From: Nemertoderma westbladi
Lineage: Eukaryota; Animalia; Xenacoelomorpha
Length of the DNA stretch: 64,000 nucleotides
Assembly (NCBI GenBank): GCA_032718475.1
Contig: JAUCBJ010004986.1
Location: 1 to 64,000, forward strand
Reading direction: 5' to 3'
Shown here piece after piece: positions 43,801-54,527 of this stretch. The position numbers were made by a program, and so were the translations under genes. Positions within the stretch are counted from its first letter, which is position 1. Each line of letters starts with the position of its first letter. The notes beneath the pieces are model-generated. The model made no database searches, was not told the origin of the DNA, and saw nothing but the letters and a program-made list of their open reading frames with translations.

Positions 43801-46800
43801 GATCGTGGCGTTTATTTAATCATACAAGTGGGTAGACAAACATTGTGTGATCGTGGCGTTTATTTATTCATACAAGTGGGTAGACAAACATTGAGTGATC
43901 GTGGCGTTTATTTATTCATACAAGTGGGTAGGTAGACAAACATTGTGTGATCGTGGCGTTTATTTAATCATACAAGTGGGTAGACAAACATTGTGTGATC
44001 GTGGCGTTTATTTATTCATACAAGTGGGTAGGTAGACAAACATTGTGTGATCGTGGCGTTTATTTAATCATACAAGTGGGTAGACAAACATTGAGTGATC
44101 GTGGCGTTTATTTAATCATACAAGTGGGTAGACAAACATTGTGTGATCGTGGCGTTTATTTAATCATACAAGTGGGTAGGTAGACAAACATTGTGTGATC
44201 GTGGCGTTTATTTAATCATACAAGTGGGTAGGTAGACAAACATTGTGTGATCGTGGCGTTTATTTAATCATACAAGTGGGTAGGTAGACAAACATTGTGT
44301 GATCGTGGCGTTTATTTAATCATACAAGTGGGTAGGTAGACAAACATTGTGTGATCGTGGCGTTTATTTAATCATACAAGTGGGTAGGTAGACAAACATT
44401 GTGTGATCGTGGCGTTTATTTAATCATACAAGTGGGTAGGTAGACAAACATTGTGTGATCGTGGCGTTTATTTAATCATACAAGTGGGTAGACAAACATT
44501 GTGTGATCGTGGCGTTTATTTAATCATATAAGTGGGTAGGTAGACAAACATTGTGTGATCGTGGCGTTTATTTAATCATACAAGTGGGTAGGTAGACAAA
44601 CATTGTGTGATCGTGGCGTTTATTTAATCATACAAGTGGGTAGACAAACATTGTGTGATCGTGGCGTTTATTTATTCATACAAGTGGGTAGGTAGACAAA
44701 CATTGTGTGATCGTGGCGTTTATTTAATCATATAAGTGGGTAGGTAGACAAACATTGTGTGATCGTGGCGTTTATTTAATCATACAAGTGGGTAGACAAA
44801 CATTGTGTGATCGTGGCGTTTATTTATTCATACAAGTGGGTAGGTAGACAAACATTGTGTGATCGTGGCGTTTATTTAATCATACAAGTGGGTAGGTAGA
44901 CAAACATTGTGTGATCGTGGCGTTTATTTAATCATACAAGTGGGTAGACAAACATTGTGTGATCGTGGCGTTTATTAAATCATACAAGTGGGTAGACAAA
45001 CATTGTGTGATCGTGGCGTTTATTTAATCATACAAGTGGGTAGGTAGACAAACATTGTGTGATCGTGGCGTTTATTTAATCATACAAGTGGGTAGACAAA
45101 CATTGTGTGATCGTGGCGTTTATTTAATCATGCAAGTGGGTAGGTAGACAAACATTGTGTGATCGTGGCGTTTATTTAATCATACAAGTGGGTAGGTAGA
45201 CAAACATTGTGTGATCCTGGCGTTTATTTAATCATACAAGTGGGTAGACAAACATTGTGTGATCGTGGCGTTTATTTAATCATACAAGTGGGTAGGTAGA
45301 CAAACATTGTGTGATCGTGGCGTTTATTTAATCATACAAGTGGGTAGGTAGACAAACATTGTGTGATCGTGGCGTTTATTTAATCATACAAGTGGGTAGG
45401 TAGACAAACATTGTGTGATCGTGGCGTTTATTTAATTATACAAGTGGGTAGACAAACATTGTGTGATCGTGGCGTTTATTTAATCATATAAGTGGGTAGG
45501 TAGACAAACATTGTGTGATCGTGGCGTTTATTTAATCATACAAGTGGGTAGGTAGACAAACATTGTGTGATCGTGGCGTTTATTTAATCATACAAGTGGG
45601 TAGACAAACATTGTGTGATCGTGGTGTTTATTTAATCATACAAGTGGGTAGGTAGACAAACATTGTGTGATCGTGGCGTTTATTTAATCATACAAGTGGG
45701 TAGACAAACATTGTGTGATCGTGGCGTTTATTTAATCATACAAGTGGGTAGGTAGATAAACATTGTGTGATCGTGGCGTTTATTTAATCATACAAGTGGG
45801 TAGGTAGACAAACATTGTGTGATCGTGGCGTTTATTTAATCATACAAGTGGGTAGACAAACATTGTGTGATCGTGGCGTTTATTTATTCATACAAGTGGG
45901 TAGACAAACATTGTGTGATCGTGGCGTTTATTTAATCATACAAGTGGGTAGGTAGACAAACATTGTGTGATCGTGGCGTTTATTTAATCATACAAGTGGG
46001 TAGACAAACATTGTGTGATCGTGGCGTTTATTTATTCATACAAGTGGGTAGACAAACATTGAGTGATCGTGGCGTTTATTTATTCATACAAGTGGGTAGG
46101 TAGACAAACATTGTGTGATCGTGGCGTTTATTTAATCATACAAGTGGGTAGACAAACATTGTGTGATCGTGGCGTTTATTTATTCATACAAGTGGGTAGG
46201 TAGACAAACATTGTGTGATCGTGGCGTTTATTTAATCATACAAGTGGGTAGACAAACATTGAGTGATCGTGGCGTTTATTTAATCATACAAGTGGGTAGA
46301 CAAACATTGTGTGATCGTGGCGTTTATTTAATCATACAAGTGGGTAGGTAGACAAACATTGTGTGATCGTGGCGTTTATTTAATCATACAAGTGGGTAGG
46401 TAGACAAACATTGTGTGATCGTGGCGTTTATTTAATCATACAAGTGGGTAGGTAGACAAACATTGTGTGATCGTGGCGTTTATTTAATCATACAAGTGGG
46501 TAGGTAGACAAACATTGTGTGATCGTGGCGTTTATTTAATCATACAAGTGGGTAGGTAGACAAACATTGTGTGATCGTGGCGTTTATTTAATCATACAAG
46601 TGGGTAGGTAGACAAACATTGTGTGATCGTGGCGTTTATTTAATCATACAAGTGGGTAGACAAACATTGTGTGATCGTGGCGTTTATTTAATCATATAAG
46701 TGGGTAGGTAGACAAACATTGTGTGATCGTGGCGTTTATTTAATCATACAAGTGGGTAGGTAGACAAACATTGTGTGATCGTGGCGTTTATTTAATCATA

Positions 46801-49431
46801 CAAGTGGGTAGACAAACATTGTGTGATCGTGGCGTTTATTTATTCATACAAGTGGGTAGGTAGACAAACATTGTGTGATCGTGGCGTTTATTTAATCATA
46901 TAAGTGGGTAGGTAGACAAACATTGTGTGATCGTGGCGTTTATTTAATCATACAAGTGGGTAGACAAACATTGTGTGATCGTGGCGTTTATTTATTCATA
47001 CAAGTGGGTAGGTAGACAAACATTGTGTGATCGTGGCGTTTATTTAATCATACAAGTGGGTAGGTAGACAAACATTGTGTGATCGTGGCGTTTATTTAAT
47101 CATACAAGTGGGTAGACAAACATTGTGTGATCGTGGCGTTTATTAAATCATACAAGTGGGTAGACAAACATTGTGTGATCGTGGCGTTTATTTAATCATA
47201 CAAGTGGGTAGGTAGACAAACATTGTGTGATCGTGGCGTTTATTTAATCATACAAGTGGGTAGACAAACATTGTGTGATCGTGGCGTTTATTTAATCATG
47301 CAAGTGGGTAGGTAGACAAACATTGTGTGATCGTGGCGTTTATTTAATCATACAAGTGGGTAGGTAGACAAACATTGTGTGATCCTGGCGTTTATTTAAT
47401 CATACAAGTGGGTAGACAAACATTGTGTGATCGTGGCGTTTATTTAATCATACAAGTGGGTAGGTAGACAAACATTGTGTGATCGTGGCGTTTATTTAAT
47501 CATACAAGTGGGTAGGTAGACAAACATTGTGTGATCGTGGCGTTTATTTAATCATACAAGTGGGTAGGTAGACAAACATTGTGTGATCGTAGCGTTTATT
47601 TAATCATACAAGTGGGTAGACAAACATTGTGTGATCGTGGCGTTTATTTAATCATATAAGTGGGTAGGTAGACAAACATTGTGTGATCGTGGCGTTTATT
47701 TAATCATACAAGTGGGTAGGTAGACAAACATTGTGTGATCGTGGCGTTTATTTAATCATACAAGTGGGTAGACAAACATTGTGTGATCGTGGCGTTTATT
47801 TATTCATACAAGTGGGTAGGTAGACAAACATTGTGTGATCGTGGCGTTTATTTAATCATATAAGTGGGTAGGTAGACAAACATTGTGTGATCGTGGCGTT
47901 TATTTAATCATACAAGTGGGTAGACAAACATTGTGTGATCGTGGCGTTTATTTATTCATACAAGTGGGTAGGTAGACAAACATTGTGTGATCGTGGCGTT
48001 TATTTAATCATACAAGTGGGTAGGTAGACAAACATTGTGTGATCGTGGCGTTTATTTAATCATACAAGTGGGTAGACAAACATTGTGTGATCGTGGCGTT
48101 TATTAAATCATACAAGTGGGTAGGTAGACAAACATTGTGTGATCGTGGCGTTTATTTAATCATACAAGTGGGTAGGTAGACAAACATTGTGTGATCCTGG
48201 CGTTTATTTAATCATACAAGTGGGTAGACAAACATTGTGTGATCGTGGCGTTTATTTAATCATACAAGTGGGTAGGTAGACAAACATTGTGTGATCGTGG
48301 CGTTTATTTAATCATACAAGTGGGTAGGTAGACAAACATTGTGTGATCGTGGCGTTTATTTAATCATACAAGTGGGTAGGTAGACAAACATTGTGTGATC
48401 GTGGCGTTTATTTAATCATACAAGTGGGTAGGTAGACAAACATTGTGTGATCGTGGCGTTTATTTAATCATACAAGTGGGTAGGTAGACAAACATTGTGT
48501 GATCGTGGCGTTTATTTAATCATACAAGTGGGTAGGTAGACAAACATTGTGTGATCGTGGCGTTTATTCAATCATACAAGTGGGTAGACAAACATTGTGT
48601 GATCGTGGCGTTTATTTAATCATACAAGTGGGTAGACAAACATTGTGTGATCGTGGCGTTTATTTAATCATACAAGTGGGTAGACAAACATTGTGTGATT
48701 GTGGCGTTTATTTAATCATACAAGTGGGTAGGTAGACAAACATTGTGATCGTGGCGTTTATTTAATCATACAAGTAGGTAGGTAGACAAACATTGTGTGA
48801 TAGTGGAGTTTATTTAATCATACAAGTGGGTAGGTAGACAAACATTGTGTGATCGTGGCGTTTATTTAATCATACAAGTGGGTAGACAAACATTGTGTGA
48901 TCGTGGCGTTTATTTAATCATACAAGTGGGGAGACAAACATTGTGTGATCGTGGCGTTTATTTAATCATACAAGTGGGTATAGACAAACATTGTGTGATC
49001 GTGGCGTTTATTTAATCATACAAGTGGGTAGGTAGACAAACATTGTGTGATCGTGGCGTTTATTTAATCATACAAGTGGGTAGGTAGACAAACATTGTGT
49101 GATCGTGGCGTTTATTTAATCATACAAGTGGGTAGGTAGACAAACATTGTGTGATCGTGGCGTTTATTTAATCATACAAGTGAGTGCGTAGACAAACATT
49201 GTGTGATCGTGGCGTTTATTTAATCATACAAGTGGGTAGGTAGACAAACATTGTGTGATCGTGGCGTTTATTTAATCATACAAGTGGGTAGGTAGACAAA
49301 CATTGTGTGATCGTGGCGTTTATTTAATCATACAAGTGGGTAGGTAGACAAACATTGTGTGATCGTGGCGTTTATTTAATCATACAAGTGGGTAGGTAGA
49401 CAAACATTGTGTGATCGTGGCGTTTATTTAA
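22848..49431 (+). repeat. 52-bp satellite array, segment 2 (roughly 520 units) with kb-scale block duplications
   Basis: Same unit as segment 1, with regional variant domains (taagtaggataa, gtagttag, gatcatgg/ttactcat, ttattcat). Confidence 0.98.
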
Positions 49432-51051
49432 GGGGGGGGGGGGTTCACTCCCCTTGGAGAGGAATCGGCATATCGGATGCCTGATGTTCCCACATCATCC
49501 ATTTTCTCCAATTTTTTGCACGTTAACCAAGGACATGTGTGTCTTCAATGTCATGATAAAAAAATTTCAGATATTTGATAATCAGACTATGATATTGATT
49601 GATTGATTGGAAATATCGATTGATTTATTGATTGATTAGTTAAATGCTTATAACATTTTACCACATGCATATTTTTGAAAAGTTTTTTTTTATTTTAAAA
49701 GCAGCCGCCTATATGTGTAAAACTTGTAGACAGATTTCCGAAATTTGGTCCAGTTAAAATTTTATTGGCATAATTACACCACTATTGGAAATTAATATCG
49801 CATATTTTCCAATATTTCGTCGATTTTGTGATTGGCACCTTATAACTTGGGAGAGAATCTAAATTTCGAAAATCTGTCTACAACTTATGAAAAGTAACAT
49901 GTCTAGAAGACTGAAACCAAATTTCAGACAAAAAGGTGGAAGATTGACTGAGTTATAAGGTTTTGGAGATGAGGAAAGCCTGAAAAATAAAAAGTCGAGA
50001 AAAACTCAAAAATAGATACAAAATAGCATGACATTTTTTTTTTGATTTTTTTTTCATTTTTTTTTGAATTTGGTTCAAAAAAAACCCTACCCACTTTTAA
50101 CAACCTGTTAAAATAATTTTAGAGTGCTTGCCAAAAAACACTTCGCGCAGCACGTGAACAAATTACATTTTGGCGTATTGATGTGATCGCATACTATTTC
50201 GTCATTTAGTAATAAATAGTCATGGAATAATGAGACAACCTTAAGAAACATTCAAAATTATATAAAAATCTCCACATAATTTTATAATAAGCCTTTACAC
50301 AGAACATTAAGCTTTGCGCAGCACGTGAAACCTTCGCGCAGCACGTGAGACATTTGCGCAGCAGGTGAAGGTTTCACGTAGAACTTAAATTCTTCATAAA
50401 GCACGTTAATTAATCGAGCACCTCGGGAAGCTTTTTGATCAGAATGAGAAGCCTTCACGCGGCACATGAAAAGTTCATGCTGCACATGAAGACTTCGCGC
50501 AGCACGTGAATTATTATCAGAGCCTGCGGAATTAAAAAAAAATAAGTTTATGGTTGTTTCCCAGAATAATTATTACTAGCTATTGTTATATGATGGTTCA
50601 CATTTGTTATTACTAGTAGACAACTAGTCCATTAGACAACTGTTCAATATGTAATACAAAACTCACAAATATCTATTAAATATATATTAATTAAAATTTG
50701 ACGGACATGTTGACAGACAGACAGACATACAAACAGACAGACAAACTGAGAGACAGACTGAGATACAGACATAGTGATTAGATAATTCCAAATATTAAAA
50801 CAGACATCGACATTAAGAAAAATCCTAACAGTAAACATTTCAGATTGCTTATTTTATGCCCTTTTTAATATTTCGATGGACAGACAGACAGACATACAGA
50901 CGGAAAACCAGCCATTACTCGAGAAGTAAAAGAGATCTCGCTAAGCCGTTTCCAGATTTGAAATCCGCATTAAATTCTACTCTAGATGAAATAAAAAAAC
51001 AAAAAATGAAAATTTTGACCTGAGGGGGGGTGTACCCCCCCCCCCCCCCCC
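49432..51051. mobile_element. Non-autonomous TIR DNA transposon (~1.6 kb), TTAA TSD, Kolobok-like
   Basis: ttaa at 49428-49431 and 51052-51055, and the satellite unit resumes in register. Termini poly-G-ttcactcccc and ggggggtgta-poly-C form imperfect inverted repeats. TTAA TSD with 5' purine termini fits Kolobok rather than piggyBac. No transposase ORF. Confidence 0.75.
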
Positions 51052-51213
51052 TTAATCATACAAGTGGGTAGGTAGACAAACATTGTGTGATCGTGGCGTT
51101 TATTTATTCATACAAGTGGGTAGGTAGACAAACATTGTGTGATCGTGGTGTTTATTTATTCATACAAGTGGGTAGGTAGACAAACATTGTGTGATCGTGG
51201 CGAGTAGGTAGAC
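51052..51213 (+). repeat. 52-bp satellite, terminal ~3 units, grading into unique intron
   Basis: Ends ...gatcgtggcgagtaggtagaccaaccaacattatttcg. Confidence 0.92.
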
Positions 51214-51384
51214 CAACCAACATTATTTCGACAATCGTTATCGATTTTCCCCTGGGGATATTCCCTATTAATTTTGTTTCCACCAAAAGTCTGCATATGG
51301 GTTATAAAAAGGAAGATGTTACTTGCCCCGCCAATAATCCTCTGCTTTATTTTAACTAACTCGGGACTTTAAATTACTTTCCAG

Positions 51385-51543
51385 GGATACGACATAACAA
51401 CTTCAGTTCCTGCTTCTAGTATATCAGTAGCCATTGGAGATGAAGCCTGCACCATATATGAAATACAAAATACTAATATTACCTGCAAGCCTAGAAAACC
51501 AGCATACGATTTCACGGTATTTGAACCAAAGAAATCAGTTCAG
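51385..51543 (+). CDS. Internal exon (159 nt, phase 0/0) encoding a membrane-proximal IPT/TIG domain segment of a MET/RON- or plexin-like receptor
   Basis: ttactttccag acceptor, CAG|gtatgt donor. Open frame GYDITTSVPASSISVAIGDEACTIYEIQNTNITCKPRKPAYDFTVFEPKKSVQ has the IPT pattern VxIGxxxC...IxCxP. Confidence 0.8.
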
Positions 51544-51750
51544 GTATGTACGTGTGAGTAATTGGCAGTACTGTAGGTAATGGGTCTATGGTATATAGTT
51601 GGGTCTATCTATATGGATAATTAGTAGGGGCTGTATGGTCCTATAGTTGTCATGGCCATTTTATTGACATATGGTGGTCGGTCAGTAAGGGCTATATTGC
51701 GCTATTCGTTATTGCCCTGATTAACTGAATGTATTGCATCTGTTACTAAG

Positions 51751-51985
51751 GTAACTATTGGTAACCGAGTATACTCCATCGGATCTCTCATCCACTACTG
51801 GGACACTGCAGACGAGACGTGGATGCTAACCGTTGGGGTCCTGTCTGCTTTCGCAATCATCGTCAGTTTCATTGCCGGGGTCGTTTTCTGTAAGAAAACC
51901 AAATGGAGAAGACGAAGAAGGACCCGAACAATATCATCAGCAACCAGTGGAAGTTTCCGATCTCAGAAGTCTGGTCACACAAACA
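51751..51985 (+). CDS. Exon (235 nt, phase 0/1): end of IPT domain, transmembrane helix and basic juxtamembrane segment
   Basis: ttactaag acceptor, ACA|gtgagt donor. Translates VTIGNRVYSIGSLIHYWDTADETWMLTVGVLSAFAIIVSFIAGVVFCKKTKWRRRRR...SQKSGHTN, in frame with the previous exon. Confidence 0.8.
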
Positions 51986-54191
51986 GTGAGTTACTATTAG
52001 TTGTCTATAAGTCTGGTCACACAAACAGTGAGTTACTATTAGTTGTCTATAAGTATGGTCACAGAAACAGTGAGTTACTATTAGTTGTCTATAAGTCTGG
52101 TCACACAAACAGTGAGTTACTATTAGTTGTCTATAAGTCTGGTCACACAAACAGTGAGTTACTATTAGTTGTCTATAAGTCTGGTCACACAAACAGTGAG
52201 TTACTATTAGTTGTCTATAAGTCTGGTCACACAAACAGTGAGTTACTATTAGTTGTCTATAAGTCTGGTCACACAAACAGTGAGTTACTATTAGTTGTCT
52301 ATAAGTATGGTCACACAAACAGTGAGTTACTATTAGTTGTCTATAAGTCTGGTCACACAAACAGTGAGTTACTATTAGTTGTCTATAAGTCTGGTCACAC
52401 AAACAGTGAGTTACTATTAGTTGTCTATAAGTCTGGTCACACAAACAGTGAGTTACTATTAGTTGTCTATATGTCTGGTCACACAAACAGTGAGTTACTA
52501 TTAGTTGTCTCTAAGTCTGGTCACACAAACAGTGAGTTACTATTAGTTGTCTATAAGTCTGGTCACACAAACAGTGAGTTACTATTAGTTGTCTATAAGT
52601 CTGGTCACACAAACAGTGAGTTACTATTAGTTGTCTATAAGTCTGGTCACACAAACAGTGAGTTACTATTAGTTGTCTATATGTCTGGTCACGCAAACAG
52701 TGAGTTACTATTAGTTGTCTATAAGTCTGGTCACACAAACAGTGAGTTACTATTAGTTGTCTATAAGTCTGGTCACACAAACAGTGAGTTTCTATTAGTT
52801 GTCTATAAGTCTGGTCACACAAACAGTGAGTTACTATTAGTTGTCTATAAGTCTGGTCACACAAACAGTGAGTTACTATTAGTTGTCTATAAGTCTGGTC
52901 ACACAAACAGTGAGTTACTATTAGTTGTCTATAAGTCTGGTCACACAAACAGTGAGTTACTATTAGTTGTCTATAAGTCTGGTCACACAAACAGTGAGTT
53001 ACTATTAGTTGTCTATAAGTCTGGTCACACAAACAGTGAGTTAGTATTAGTTGTCTATAAGTCTGGTCACACAAACAGTGAGTTACTATTAGTTGTCTAT
53101 AAGTCTGGTCACACAAACAGTGAGTTACTATTAGTTGTCTATAAGTCTGGTCACACAAACAGTGAGTTACTATTAGTTGTCTATAAGTATGGTCACACAA
53201 ACAGTGAGTTACTATTAGTTGTCTATAAGTCTGGTCACACAAACAGTGAGTTACTATTAGTTGTCTATAAGTCTGGTCACACAAACAGTGAGTTACTATT
53301 AGTTGTCTATAAGTCTGGTCACACAAACAGTGAGTTACTATTAGTTGTCTATAAGTCTGGTCACACAAACAGTGAGTTACTATTAGTTGTCTATAAGTCT
53401 GGTCACACAAACACTGAGTTACTATTAGTTGTCTATAAGTCTGGTCACACAAACAGTGAGTTACTATTAGTTGTCTATAAGTCTGGTCACACAAACAGTG
53501 AGTTACTATTAGTTGTCTATAAGTCTGGTCACACAAACAGTGAGTTACTATTAGTTGTCTATAAGTCTGGTCACACAAACAGTGAGTTACTATTAGTTGT
53601 CTATAAGTCTGGTCACACAAACAGTGAGTTACTATTAGTTGTCTATAAGTCTGGTCACACAAACAGTGAGTTACTATTAGTTGTCTATAAGTCTGGTCAC
53701 ACAAACAGTGAGTTACTATTAGTTGTCTATAAGTCTGGTCACACAAACAGTGAGTTACTATTAGTTGTCTATAAGTCTGGTCACACAAACAGTGAGTTAC
53801 TATTAGTTGTCTATAAGTCTGGTCACACAAACAGTGAGTTACTATTAGTTGTCTATAAGTCTGGTCACACAAACAGTGAGTTACTATTAGTTGTCTATAA
53901 GTCTGGTCACACAAACAGTGAGTTACTATTAGTTGTCTATAAGTCTGGTCACACAAACAGTGAGTTACTATTAGTTGTCTATAAGTCTGGTCACACAAAC
54001 AGTGAGTTACTATTAGTTGTCTATAAGTATGGTCACACAAACAGTGAGTTAGTATTAGTTGTCTATAAGTCTGGTCACACAAACAGTGAGTTAGTATTAG
54101 TTGTCTATAAGTCTGGTCACACAAACAGTGAGTTACTATTAGTTGTCTATATGTCTGGTCACACAAACAGTGAGTTACTATTAGTTGTCTA
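51967..54191 (+). repeat. 42-bp tandem array (~53 copies) of exon end plus GTGAGT donor plus intron start
   Basis: Unit aagtctggtcacacaaaca|gtgagttactattagttgtctat. The first copy overlaps the exon's last 19 nt. Confidence 0.97.
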
Positions 54192-54527
54192 ACATCCGAT
54201 CCTATAAATTTGGTCATATATAGTTAAGATATTAATCATGGCTCATGACTTTAAATATATATCATATTTAAAAACCCCATAAGAACACAATTTAACAACA
54301 ATTCTTAATCTTAATTACATAATAGTGTAAAATTTATATAGAAAGTGATCTATTTTATACGGCTAAGTGGCAGAGTATATATAGACATCCACAGATCCTT
54401 AGTCTTTATAAGGAATAAATACCGTAACGCATCGAAAGGTATTTAATGGGATAAATTAATTTATTATTAATCTACATAACTGTCAATATTAATATTATTA
54501 ATCTAAGTTAGATAAAGTAACTAGTTC

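Noticed and set aside
8425-48735. Short ORFs of repeated CDRGVYLIIQVGRQTL
   Set aside because: By-products of runs of 48-bp units, with non-ATG starts. Only the DRGVYLIIQ part is likely exon-derived.
1-49431. CRISPR-like array (constant part plus variable part)
   Set aside because: The variable parts are a few recurring slippage variants, not unique spacers. There are no cas genes and the context is eukaryotic.
49432-51051. piggyBac assignment
   Set aside because: The TTAA TSD fits, but the termini start with G runs rather than the CC/YY typical of piggyBac.
51823-54192. 789-aa standalone repeat protein
   Set aside because: The Met is internal to a spliced exon and a strong donor lies at 51986. 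The rest is repeat read-through, kept only as a hypothesis in findings.
51869-54217. Minus-strand Cys/His repeat ORFs (205 and 568 aa)
   Set aside because: Antisense translation of the 42-bp array with no independent support.
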